Assembly: GCA_030390025.1 (NCBI GenBank)
Contig: CM059425.1
Location: forward strand, 172,052,001-172,112,000
Direction: 5' to 3'
DNA length: 60,000 nucleotides
Source of the DNA: Squalus acanthias
Lineage: Eukaryota
Part shown: piece after piece, positions 1 to 12,686 of the stretch
Position numbering within the stretch: the stretch's first letter is position 1
Layout of the letters: each line of letters opens with the position of its first letter
Program-made: the position numbers and the translations under genes
Notes under the pieces: generated by a model
The model's database searches: none
What the model was told of the DNA's origin: nothing
Seen by the model: only the letters and a program-made list of their open reading frames with translations

Positions 1-3000
1 TTTCCTACCACCAATATTAAGCTGACTGGTCTATAGTTCCCTGGACATGTTCTATCCCCCTTCTTAAATATAGGTGTTATGTTAACTACCCGCCAGTCCT
101 CTGGCACTACTTTTTCTTACAAATTATTAAATATGTGTAGTAATGCCTCTGCTATCTCTTCCCTAGATTCTTTTAAAATGCATGGATACAATCCATCTGG
201 ACCTGGGGTTTTATCCTGTTTGAGTTTGATTAGTTTATTTAATATATCCCCTTTTTAAATTTTAAATGCACTTATCTCATTACTCATCTCATCATCCAAT
301 GTCATGTCTACCTGTTCTATCTCCCTGGTAAATACTGAAGCGAACTAATGATTTAATATTTCTGCCATCTCCCTATCGTTACCTATGGTATTGTCGTGTC
401 TGTCTCTTAATGGCCCTATTTCGATTCTAATCTTCCTTTTTTTATTGAGGTGCCTGTAAAATATTTTACTATTTTGTTTTATGTTCCTTGATAATTTAAT
501 TTCATAGTTCCTCTTTGCCTTCCTAATTGTTTCTTTGACTTCTCTCCTAATCCCTTCGTATTCTCTCTTATCATGCACTCCTCTGCTGTCTATGTACTTA
601 ATGTATGCCTCTTTCCTTACCCTCAATTGTTTCCTTATGTCTTTATTCATCCATGGAGACTCATTAGTGTTTCGTTTGTTCTTTCCTTTTAGCGGAATAT
701 ATTTTTCCTGCACTCTGTTGAACACTGTTTTAAATGTTTCCCATTGTCGTTCTACATTGTTGTTTGCCAATATTGTTGCCCATTTTATCTTCCCAAGTTC
801 TATTCTCAGCCCCTGAAAATCAGCTTTTCTCCAATCTATTAACCTATTTTTTGTCATACTTATGTCCTTCTCTATTATCATCTTAAAGCGTATTATATTA
901 TGGTCACTATTGCCTATATGTTCCCCGACTTTTACTTCTCTTATCTGCTCTCGCTCATTCCCCATAACTAGATCCAATAACGAATTCTCCCTTGTTGGGC
1001 TTTTTACATATTTGGTTAGAAGGGAGTCCTGTACACATTGTAGGAACTCTATTCCCTTATCCCCTTTACCTACCTCTTCTGTCCAATTAATATCGGGGTA
1101 GTTGAAATCCCCCATGATGATTATTCTATGTTTTTTACTAATTTCTCTAATTTATCTGTATAGTTCTTCCTCCACCTCCCTTCCACTATGAGGTGGTCTG
1201 TAGACTATGCCTATTAGTGTGATTGATCTTTTATTATCTTTTATCTCTATCCATATGGATTCTATTTTTGTCTTGCTGATATCTACTTCCCTTTTTCTAC
1301 TGCCATTATGTTGTCCCTAATAAGTACAGCTACTCCCCTTTTTCCCTCTCTATCTTTTCTAAATATGTTGTACCCTGCAGTGTTTAATTCCCAGTCCTCA
1401 TTTTTCTGCAGCCATGACTCATTAATCCCTACTATGTCTGGTTCCTCCCAATGCATGATTGCCTCCAGCTCGCCTCTTTTATTGCAGACATTGTGTACAT
1501 TGCTGTATAGACAGTTGACTCATTTTTAATAGGATTTCCTTTCACTTCATGTTTAACCATCTTTTTAGACTCCTGTTCGATAACTCTATTTGCTCCCTTG
1601 CCGTCAATGTCTTCCCTTACTTTATTCTTTCCGATGCTCACTTTTCCTGTTTTGTTTATATTTAGGCTGCTTACGTTTCTTGTAAATCCCTCCCCCCTTC
1701 TTACTTGTTTAAAGCCTTTGCCACCTCCCTATTTACCCTTTCTGCTAGGACACGGGGCCCATTCAGGTTCAGGTGGAGCCCGTCCCATCGGTACAGCTCC
1801 TTCCTGTCCCTGAACTGGTGCCAGTGTCCCATGAAGAGGAGCCCCTCTTTCCCACACCAGCCCTTTAGCCACGTGTTAATTCTCCTGATCTGTCTGCTTC
1901 TATGCCAATTTGCATGTGGCTCCGGCAATAATCCAGAGATTATTACCCTCGAGGTCCTGCTTTTTAATTTAGATCCTAACTCCTGATACTCTTTCAGCAG
2001 GACCTCCTCCCTGTTCCTACCTGTGTCGTTTGTTCCAACATGGACCATGACAACTGTATTTCCACCCTCCCTTTCTAAGTTCCTCTTGAGCCGCCGTGAG
2101 ATATCCCTTACCCTGGCACCGGGTAGGCAACACACCCTTCAGGATTCTCGTTCTTGGCTGCAGAGGACACTATCCCCCTAATTATAGAGTCCCCTATCAC
2201 TACCACAGTTCTATTCTGCTCTTCCCCCACTTGGACAGCCTTCTGAGCCACGGTGCCTTGGTCTGCATTGTGGCTGTCCTCCCTGCAGTCTTTCTCTTTT
2301 TTCTCACAGGTAGCGAGTACATCGTACCTGTTGGACAGGACCAGTGTCTGCGGGACCTCCTTCTCAACCTCTCCTAAATCCCCGCTACCTGTCTCCCTAA
2401 CAGTCACATCCTCCCTTTCATGAACCTGTGCTTTCCTCTGGGGTGTGACAGTATTCTGGATAAAACTGTCCAGAAATTCCTCTCCCTCCATTATGTGTCG
2501 GAGTGTCTCCAACTCGCACTCCAGCTCAATGACTCTGAGCCAGAGAGATTCGAGAGGGAGACATCTACTGCAGACGTGTTTGCTCGGGACAGTCTCGCTG
2601 TCCACCAACTCCCACATACTGCAGTCCAGTCACACAACCTGCCCTGCCATATCTTCGACTAGCCTTATTTTATTTATTTAATTAGTTAAAAGTCTTTAAT
2701 CAACAATTATTCATAGTTATATTAATTAGTTTAACTGGTTAAGCTATAAATTTAATACAGTATGTTATAGTTTCCTGCTCCTAATTTAAACTGCTGTCTT
2801 AGTTTAGAGAAAAAAAACTTAATACTCACCAACCAATCACCTCCCTGCTGTCCTGTGATGTCACACCTTGGTTTTTTTGGAAATCGTGGAAGATTCTGCT
2901 GCTGCCGCTTCCGCCTCCGATTAGGTCCGCGCTGTTCCTCCTCTCTCTCCTTTATGTCCTGCCACCGCCACTGCCTCCTTTATGTCCCGCAGCCGCCTTC
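1..3000 (-). mobile_element. CR1 non-LTR retrotransposon, 5' portion (5'UTR, ORF1, ORF2 endonuclease and start of RT); continues beyond the window start
   Basis: ORF 345-1115 has APE motifs GDFNYPDINW, LDLV and SDHN. Bases 1-45 read PGNYRPVSL on the minus strand. ORF1 pieces lie at 1701-2650. Confidence 0.93.
1701..2650 (-). pseudogene. CR1 ORF1 (zinc finger, coiled coil, SGNH/GDSL esterase), frameshifted
   Basis: ORFs 2108-2617 (C..C, heptads LRVIELECELETL, VVIGDSII) and 1701-2135 (CCLPGA, VHVGTND, DGLHLN) carry the SGNH esterase blocks. Confidence 0.88.
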
Positions 3001-3539
3001 TTGAATCTTCTTCTGACATAATTGCTTCTAATTCCCCCAATTTATTTCCCACATTTTAAGCATTGCAATAACTGCACTTTATCTTTGTTTTGTTTGTATT
3101 AATGCTATTCCTTTTCTCTTGTTTTTTTTGTCCAAACTAACTCCTCGTTCCTTTATCTCAGTCTTTTTCCTGCTTGTAGCTAGTCAATTTTATTTTCCTC
3201 CTGTGATCCCTTTACTCCTTCTGCATGCTGTCCTTGCTAAATTTTTTAAAGACTACTGATTAGGCTGCCCAAGACCCAGAACAACTATGCAAAGCATGCT
3301 CTGCTCAGATGACGGCCAATTTTGCATCGAAGTCATAAAACCACGGTTAGGACCTCAATTTACATATTGAATGTATGTTGCATGTTTCAGGAGGGTGCCA
3401 TGCACACTTGGAAGTCGCCGATGCACTTCTGAGGGACATGAGGCGCAAGAAATTGCAACCCATAATTCATTCCCCCAATGCTAATTTTTTGCCTAAAATA
3501 ACAGCCGCAACTATGTTCAATTTCTAACCCTACCAACCT

Positions 3540-4080
3540 TAATCTCCTAAGCGCCTTTTACAGGATTTTAGGTCTTTCCGTTCTGATATTTTTGACTGGG
3601 TTTTCTCCCTCCCCTTCTATACTCTTTTTCAGGCTTTCTGGAATGTTCCTTACCCCAGCACCTGGGGGCAACAAACCATCCAGGAGTCTCAGTCTGGATT
3701 TAAAAAGATAGTATCCACCCTTCTAACTCCTGAGTCGCTTATTCCTATCACATTTCTAACTAAATTGCTAATCCCCCACCCCCAAGCCATTTCATTTTTT
3801 TTTGTGCCATTATAATTCATCTGATAATCTTGCCCAGAGTCCTCATCCTTTCCACAGGAAGCCAATATTTCAAACTTGTTGGAGAGGATAATTTGCTTTG
3901 GACAGTCCTGCTCTAAACTGCCCCCCCTCCCTTTTTATAACCCACAAATAGTCACCACTCTTTCCACTACCACTGCCAGCTCCCATGAGAGATAGTGCGA
4001 CTACCATCTGAAACCGTTGCCCCAGAAATCTCTTCCCCTCCCTGAAGTGTTGGATTGTCTTCATCTCTACCTCAGGTTCT
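3540..4080 (-). mobile_element. Degenerate CR1 ORF1 remnant
   Basis: Resembles 2100-2530 (taccccagcacctgggggcaac vs taccctggcaccgggtaggcaac); no open ORF. Confidence 0.5.
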
Positions 4081-4699
4081 GAGAACAGAGTAGCAGGCAG
4101 AACAACAAATCAGAACATTCATGGGGAAACAGACACGGCAACAAATGGATCCATTATTGGAGCAGCAAACACCACTGAATTAATGGACCAGTGGGTAGAA
4201 CAATAAACCAATTGGGCCACACCAACAAATGAATAAATTCATGAGCAGCAGGCCCAGTGAACTAATTCCCATTTTCGATCTTTACCACTGCTGTTTCCTG
4301 CTCTGTAGATGCTAGCTGACTTCTGTTTGCTAGTTTCACTGACAGTTTACTTCTCTAACGTTATGAGTGATTAGCATATATTTGCTGACTGTAAAGTTAA
4401 GTTTAAAAAAAAACTAAAAGCCTCTTTCAGACCACATGAGGCTTTCAGTTTGTTTCGACACTTAAAAAGTTGACATCATGTACTTGCATCGTAGAATTAC
4501 ATACACAGAATCGACAGCACAGAGACAGGCCATTCTGGTCTGTGCCACTTTTTGTTATCATCAATGTGAGTGCTTATAAACATTCCTGTTCTTTAAAAAG
4601 TCAGTGGCTTCGTCACCTTGAAATGACTTGGAGCAGAGTAGTGATTTGGGTAAAAATAAGCAGAGTGGGTCAGGAAGGGACAAAGAGCTTAACAAAGGT

Positions 4700-6835
4700 A
4701 ACAGGGCATTAGAGACTAAGGTGACATCAGGGAAAAATAGAAGAGATAGGCGGAGTCAACACGAATTTATGGAAGAGAAATTGTGTTTGACAAATCTGTT
4801 AAGAGTTTTTTGAGGTTGGAATTAGCAGGGTAGATAAGGGGGAACCAGTGGATGGAGTGTATTTGGATTTTCAAAAAACATTCGATAAGGTGCCACACAA
4901 AAGGTTATTACACAAGATTAGGGCTCATGGCATTGGGGGTAATATAGTAGCATGGATTGAGGATTGATTAACGGACAGAAAACAGAGAGTAGGAATAAAC
5001 GGGTTATTTTCGGGTTGGCAGGCTGTAACTAGCAGGGTACCGCAAGGATCAGTGCTTGGGCCTCAGCTATTTACAATCTGTATTAATGACTTAGATTAGG
5101 GGACCGAGTGTGGGAAAGTAAGCTGTGAGGAGGACGCAAAGAGGCTGCAAAGGGATATATACTCAGGTTAATTGAGTGGGCAAGAACATGGCAAATGGAA
5201 TATAAAGTGGAGGAGTGTGCAGTTATTCACTTTGGTAGGAAAAACAAAAATGCAGAATATCTTTTAAATGGTGAGAGACTGGGAAATGTTGGTGTTCAGA
5301 GGGCCCTGGTGGGTGTCCTTGTACATGAATCACATAAAGTTAGCATGCAGGTACAGCAAGCAATTAGGAAAGCAAATGGTATTTTGCCTTCATTACAAAG
5401 GGATTGGAGTATAAGAGTAAAGAGGGGAGAGATTCGGTATCGCCCTGTTTGGGGCGCAATTATTGGCCAGGCGCAAACTTGGCTTCTATCGCCCCTCGAG
5501 GTAATTGGAGCGCTAAATCAGGCGCTACACACCTCTCTTAAGGCGTTAACGCTGAGGAGCGAGGCGCTACCTCAGAGCGCTGGCGAAGCTCATGTGATGT
5601 CAGTCAGCAATGGAACACAGACACACTGGTGCCGGCCAGTTCTTAAAGGGGAGGGTTGATCTTGCACTCCATCCACACCCTGCTCGTTGCAGCCTTGAAT
5701 CTCGGCCTGGAGAGCCATGTACATCAAATCTGTTGGAAAGAACAATGGAGAGGCCCAGGGAAAGAGCTCAGAGTGCAGCCCCCACAGTCTCTTCTAAATC
5801 GATGCAAGGAAGATCAAATCAAAATGAACCTGCAAAGTGCTTCTCAGAACCCAAAACTCCTCAACACAGCGTTGAATACCTCCAGAAGTCTCTCTCTCTC
5901 TCACTCAGAATGCATGGTGCAAAAATGTCGCTGACAAAAAAAGGCAGGAAGCGGTCGCCTTTAAATAGCGCTCCCCCAGTCCCTTTCCGACTGCAAAACG
6001 CTCCCCTCAACCTGTCGTTGCTAGCGGCAGGCGGTAAGGCAGGGGGCGCCACGCAATATCTGGTCCAGGGTGCTACCGGGGCGTTGCACGCTCGAATGAC
6101 GTCACGATCGGCGGGCACAGGAGATCGTGGTGGTAGTATTTAGCACCGCCGCAAAATGTCTGGTCAATTTCGCGAGCGGCGCAAACATCGCCGCACCCAG
6201 GCGCTCGTTGTTTTGTGCGCCATTAGTGCCCTCTTAAGGCGCTAACGGGAGGCGCAAACCAACCGAATTTTTCCCCCTAGGAATCTTACTGCAATTATAT
6301 AGGGCCTTCGTGAGACCACGGCTGGAGTAGTGTGTACAGTTTTGGTCTCCTTTCCTAAGGAAGGATATACTTGCCTCAGAGGGAGTGCAACGATGGTTTA
6401 CTCGACTGATTCCTGGGATGTGGGGATTGTCGTATGAGAGATTAAGTCGACTGGGCCTATATTCTCTAGAGTTTAGAAGAATGAGAGGTGATCTCATTGA
6501 AATATATAAAATGCTTAAGGGGCTTGACAGGGTAGATGCTGGGAGGATGTTTCCCTTGGCTGGGGAGTCTAGAACTCGGGATCACAGTCTCAGAATAAGG
6601 GGTCGACCATTTAAGACTGAAATGAGGCAAAATTTCTTCACTCAAAGAGTTGTGAATCTTTGGAATTCTCTACCCCGAAGGGCTGTGGATGCTCAGTTAC
6701 TGACTACATTCAAGACAGGGACTGAAGGGATATGGGCATAGGGTGGGAAAGTAGAGTTGTGGTACAAGATCAGCCATGATCTTATTGAATGGCGGAGCAG
6801 GCTTGAATGGCCTACTCCTGCTCCTATTTCTTATG
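4700..6835 (+). mobile_element. CR1 3' fragment (RT and 3'UTR), interrupted by a Harbinger-type MITE
   Basis: RT motifs LDFQKTFDKV and [10 protein letters not shown]; ORFs 5195 and 6385 (NFFTQRVVNLWNSLP); 3' tail cctactcctgctcctatttcttatg. CR1 text resumes at about 6281 after the insertion. Confidence 0.9.
5424..6276. mobile_element. Non-autonomous PIF/Harbinger element, copy 1 (~850 bp)
   Basis: TIRs GGGGAGAGATTCGGT / ACCGAATTTTTCCCC; subterminal GGCGCWA repeats; collinear with 39114-40008; splits a CR1. TSD is imperfect. Confidence 0.8.
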
Positions 6836-6974
6836 AAATAAAAGGTCACTGCGAGGAAAGCAACCAGAAAGAAGTCGCAGTGCAGTTAAGTGGGTGGTAG
6901 GAATGGGTGTGGGAGGTCAAAGGTTACAATGACAGGGTATGAGACCTGAGAGATCAGTGGTCGCAAGTCATCTT

Positions 6975-7717
6975 TGCCCAGAAATTAAAGACTGAGTGTT
7001 GACGCGGGGGTAAGGGTTCCCCGCGATCTCTCACTCCGCGTTGGCTTTTTCAGATCCAGCTCGCACGAACTTGATGTTCTAGACATCAGCTGGGCAGTGC
7101 TTGCGTATCCCACCGGCGTAGTGAATTCGTGCGAGCTGTGGGATCACGTGACTCAGTTAGAGCCAATGGCAGCACACCATCTTCCATTCATAAGTTTCAC
7201 ATAAGTGCTGTGAAAGCTATGAATCTTACACACCCCCAAAATAACAGCTAAACCTCAATTAAATAAAAAAAAAAACCATCACATTAATAAAATAAGTATA
7301 GTTAAATAAATTAACCATTTTAAATAAAAAATTAAATTTTTGAAAAAATGTAAAATCTTTTAAAAAGTTATAAAAATAAACTTACCTGTCTTTAAAGTCT
7401 CTAAAAAAGATATACCTGTTAAAAAAAATTCAAAATAATACTTAATTCACTACTTACCTTGTTAAAAGTGGGTCTTACTCCTCCTTTTTTCATTTCTAAA
7501 ATCTTCCGTCCTTACCTGCGCGTCCAAAGCACTAAGTGCACAGCGTGCGCGCAGCCTGTAGCGCGCACGCGGTGCACCGAGGAACCGCCCCCTTTTCCAA
7601 AAACCAAGTGCCGGTTTTCAGCGCATGCGCAGTGCATGCAGAAAACCGGCAATTGGTGACAGAATACGTGAGAGTATGCAGTGCGTACTCTCGCGGCGCG
7701 GGACTAATTTTTGGGCC
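6975..7717. mobile_element. Putative non-autonomous DNA transposon with TIRs and internal palindromes
   Basis: Ends TGCCCAGAAATTA / TAATTTTTGGGCC; CpG-rich ends with an AT-rich core; hairpins at 7535-7577 and 7603-7657. No clear TSD. Confidence 0.55.
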
Positions 7718-8495
7718 AATGTAAAGGTAGTGTGAGTCCTTAAGTAGTAGACTTAACGTTAGAAACATAGAAAAATATGAGCAGGAGTAGGCCATTCGGC
7801 CCTTCGAGCCTGCTCCGCCATTCAATATGATCATGGCTGATCCTCTATCTCAATACCATATTCCCGCTCTCTCCCCATAGCCCTTGATGCCTTTTGTGTC
7901 TTGGAATCTATCTATCTCCTTCTTAAATATATTCAGTGACTTGGCCTCCACAGCCTTCTGTGGGAGAGAATTCCACAGGTTCACCACCCTCTGAGTGAAG
8001 ATATTTCTCCTCATCTCAGTCCTAAATGTCCTACCCCGTATCCTGAGACTGTGACCACCCCTGCCAGGGGAAACATCCTCCCTGCATCCAGTCTGTCTAA
8101 CCCTGTCAGAATTTTATATGTTTCAATGAGATCCCCTCTAATTCTTCTAAACTCCAGTGAATGCAGGCCTAGTCGACCCACTCTCTCCTCGTACGACAGT
8201 CCTGCCATTCCAGGAATCAGTCTGGTGAACCTTCACTGCACTCCCTCTATGGCAAGTATATCCTTTCTTAGGTAAGGAGACCAAAACTGCACACAGTACT
8301 CCAGGTGTGGTCTCACCAAGGCCCTGTATAACTGTAGTAAGACATCCTTGCTCCTGTACTCAAATCCTCTTGCAATGAAGGCCAACATACCATTTGCCTT
8401 CCGAACTGCTTGCTGCACCTGCATGTTTGCTTTCAGTGACTGGTGCACAAGGACACCCAGGTCCCTTTGTACATCAGCATTTCCCAATCTATCAC

Positions 8496-8724
8496 TGACA
8501 TGGATCTTGTCATTCATGTGGAAATGACTTAGGAAGTAATACTGGGCGGCCTGCTAGTGGCGCTGTCCAGGGAGAGTATAAATACTCGGGCATGGGCCCA
8601 GCTTACTCAGGACATTCCTTAACAGGAACTAGTGAAGGACACAACTAGATCTCCATGTTGGAAAACAGTTGATTAAAGCTTTGTTTAATGCTTAGACCAA
8701 GTGCCTCGTAGTTTTCTTACGTCA
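8496..8724 (+). repeat. 5' LTR of the Mag-like element
   Basis: TG...CA ends; TATAAATA at about 8577; ATTAAA at 8672-8677; direct repeat of 12771-12998. Confidence 0.95.
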
Positions 8725-8824
8725 ATTTAATCAAGTGGACCTGCTCCACGCTCTGAGTAGTTTTGGGAACAGACGGCTATGACTCAAATGGTAGAAGGGA
8801 ACCAGATGTAGTAATCAATCCATA

Positions 8825-11800
8825 ATGGAGAAACTACTCCGACCCGCCTGTCTTGACCTGGACCCGAATTCACCTACAACTGCTAAGGTATGGAAACACT
8901 GGTATTGTACCTTCAGCAACTACCTCAGGGCATGTGGTGAGAATGTTCCTGATAAGTTAGAGATACTTGCCAATTATGTATCCCCTTATGTGTTTGACTA
9001 TATCGAACACTGTGTAGACGATGACTCCGCTATCCGAATACTACAGGAACTATATGTTAAGGCCCCAAACGAAATATTTGCTCGGCCTCGACTGGCCACA
9101 ACTCGACAACAACCCGGGGTATCACTTGACGAATTCCTTCAAAAGCTTCGCAGGCTCAGCAAAGATTGTAATCTCAAGGCTGTCTCAGCTGAGCAGTACC
9201 AGGAGGAGTTAATTCGTGATTCTTTTATTAATGGAATTGCATCTCCCTTCATACGCCAGCGTCTGCTGGAGAATAAAACCCTCGAGTTACAAGCTGCCTA
9301 TGACCAAGCATATTCTCTCGACTTGGCAAAAAAAAATGCAGATGCCTATCTTTTACCACGTGCACGGACTGCTGCTATCACTTTTAGTGACTCCTCCGAT
9401 AAGCCTCAGGCGGAAGCCCTCACTGATGACGACTCTATCCTAGCTGATGACGACCCTACCCTAGCGGCATCTTGGCAATCTAAAAGGAAGTGTTTCTTCT
9501 GTGGAGGTGCATTTCATTACAAGAAATTTTGTCCTGCTCGTAATGCAATCTGCAATCATTGCAGTAAGAAAGGCCACTTCTCGAAAGTATGTCAGTCAAG
9601 AGCATCTTCTAGGGTTACAGCTGCTCCCTATAAAACTGCTCCTCCCCCAAGAGCCACTACTTATGTTACAGCTGTCATCTATAAAACTGCTCCTCCCCCA
9701 AGAGCCACTACTAATGTTACAGCTGTCAAGGATAAAACTGCCCCTCCTCCCATCACAGCTGTTTTTCCCCAAAGCCTGTCCCATGGAGCCACGAAGGTTT
9801 CGGTAAATGGACACATTTTGAGTGCATTAATCAACTCATGCAGCTCTGACAGCTTCATCGGTGAGCAGGCTGTCAGTAAGTTAAAACTGCACATTTACCC
9901 CTCGGACAGGGAAATTGCAATGGCTCTGACGAAACTGACCACTAACTCTTCCGGCTTTTGTCTTGTCGACCTTATTCTCAATGGCCGCACTTATTTCTCT
10001 ACCCGGCTCGGGGTGCTCAAAAACCAATGCAGTGATGTGCTCCTGGGACAGGATTTCCAGAAACAACACGAAAGATTCACTTTCGAGTTTGGAGGATCAA
10101 AGCCGCAGCTTACTATTTCCAAAGTACCGTTTTGTGCACTTTCGGCGGCTTCGCTCGACGAGCCCTCCTTGTTTGCCAATCTTTCCCCCCGATGTAAGCC
10201 CATAGCCACTAAATCACAACGTTTCAGCCAAGATGACTTATCCTTTATCGAGGCAGAGATCTCTCGCCTTCTAGCTGATGGTATCATTGAGCCATGTTCA
10301 TCTTCCTGGCGGGCTCAAGTCGTCGTCGTTAAAAATCCTCTGAAGCAACACAAACGTCTTTGCATCGATTACTCGCAAACTATTAACTAGTATACCGACC
10401 TGGATGCCTACCCACTACCCTGCATCAATGACATGGTCAATAACCTTGCCAACTACAAGGTATTTTCAACTTTTGACTTAGAGCACATACCATCAAGTAC
10501 CGTTAAAGGACTCTGACAAAAAGTATACGGCTTTTGAGGCCAATGATTGGCTTTAGCAGTTTCGTCGCCTTTCATTCGGGTTCACCAATGGGGTGGCCGT
10601 CTTTCAATGGTAAATGGATAGCCTAGGGAAACAGGAGAACTTAACAGACACGTTTCCATATCTGGATAATATCACCATTGCTGGTCATGACCAGGAGCAT
10701 GATGCCAACCTCCAGAAATTTCTTGACGTTCTCCGTCGTCGCAACTTAACCTTAAATGAGTCCAAATCTGTGAAATCAGTACCATCAGTCAACATCCTTG
10801 GCTACTGGGTGGGCAATGGTGTCATCAAACCGGATCCGGAGCGACTTCATCCGCTTCAGGAGCTCCCTCCTCCTACGAATCTCAGCTCTCTTCGTCGGGC
10901 CCTCGGCATGTTCGCCTATTATGCAAAGTGGATACCTCACTTTTCCGACAAGATCCAGCCCCTGCTTCACGCGAAGTCATTTCCGTTGGAGGCGAGGGCT
11001 ATTTCAGCTTTCGACCTCCTCAAGCAACAACTGGAAAAAGCCGCGCTTCATTCCATCGATGAAAATCTCCCTTTCGTGGTCGAGTGTGATGCATCGGAGG
11101 TGGCGATCTCGGCTGCCTTGAATCAAGGCGGTCGACCCGTTGCATTTCTGTCTTGAACTTTGCAGGGTAGCGAGCTCCATTATCCTCCTGTCGAGAAGGA
11201 GGCTACGGCTATCATCGAAGCAGTACGTAAATGGAGTCATTTTCTCGCTCGTCGCCATTTCACGCTCATAACTGATCAGCGCTCGGTGGCCTTTATGCTG
11301 GATAACCGGAAACGCACTAAAATCAAGAATAACAAAATACAGCTCTGGAGGATGGAATTGGCCGCCTTTGGCTACACCATACAGTATCGACCCGGCAAGG
11401 AGAATGTGGCCCTGGATACCCTCACGCGTGCATTCTGCTCTTTGATGTCAACTTTGACTCTTGCAGATCTTCATACTGACTTATGCCATCCTGGCGTTAC
11501 CCGCATGTTGCACTTTGTGCGATCTAAAAATCTCCCATTTTCTACGGAAGACGTGAAAAGAACATGCTCCACTTGTAGAATTTGTGCGGAATTAAAACCG
11601 CAATTCTTCCGTCCGTCGGATGGCTCGCTCATACACGCTACACAGCCTATGCAGCGACTCAGCATTGACTTTAAAGGGCCATTGCCTTCCTCAACGCGAA
11701 ACACCTACTTGCTTACTATGGTGGACGAATATTCACGCTTTCCCTTTGCTTTTCCCTGTCCCAATATGCTTACTTCCACAGTGATCAAATGCCTCGATCA

Positions 11801-12686
11801 GGTCTTTTCCCTTTGCGGTATGGCCAATTTCATCCACTCTGATCGGGGTCCCTCCTTCATGTCAAGCGAACTCAAAAGTTATCTTTCCCAATGGGGAATT
11901 GCCACAAGTAAAACGACACCGTATCATCCTATTGGAAACGGACAGGTTGAGAGATACAACTCTATCATTTGGAACGCTGTTCATCTTGCACTGAGGTCAC
12001 ACAATCTACCAGACCAGCAGTGGGAAACTATGCTCCCTGACGCGTTGCATTCCATCAGGTCTCTTCTTTCTACATCCACCAATGTTACTCCTCACGAAAG
12101 ATTCTTCGGGTTCCAGCGTCGCTCCACTCATGGGGTGTCCCTACCATCATGGTTGGCAGCTCCTGGCTCCGTGCTGCTCCGAAGATTCGTCCGATCCTCC
12201 AAGAGTGATCCCCTCGTCGACGAGGTGGAACTAACGGATGTCAATCCTACATACGCGTACGTGCGGTACCCTGATGGCCGGGAGTCCACAGTTTCACTTC
12301 GGGATCTGGCTCCCTGCCCAACCGGTCCCACGGACCCAATCGATAGAGAGATCCGTATTAACGACGCCGATACTCCACGCTCCTCCGAGGATGACGCCCT
12401 ACCCGAGACATCAAGGGATCTGCCAGCTACTCCGCTGGATCAACCCGGGGAACAGAGCGCTCCCCGCGGGATGGCCACCCGAAGCCAGGATGCCGGTCAA
12501 TCACCGGCTACTCAGCAGGATGAAGCCAGCTTTGCGCCGGTGGGGACCTGCACCCGGAGCCACCATTTCCCCAGTCTCCCTCAGGTCGATCAAGGCGACA
12601 CGGACTCTGCCAGCCCGCCGGTACGAACCAAGCGACCCAGGGACCAAAACACAGTCCGAGGAGACGTGCCTTCCGGCCTCCAATGA
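8825..12686 (+). pseudogene. gag-pol polyprotein of the Mag-like element (stops and frameshift)
   Basis: Two CCHC knuckles (CFFCGGAFH..C, CNHCSKKGH..C); protease ALINSCS (catalytic D->N); RT LCIDY and YLDN; RNase H VECDAS; integrase HHCC with SIDFKGP, HSDRG and NGQVER. Stops at 10388 and 11154, frameshift near 10480. Confidence 0.92.
9613..9760 (+). repeat. 51-bp in-frame tandem repeat (~2.8 copies) between the gag zinc knuckles and the protease
   Basis: VTAAPYKTAPPPRATTY / VTAVIYKTAPPPRATTN / VTAVKDKTAPPP. Confidence 0.9.
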
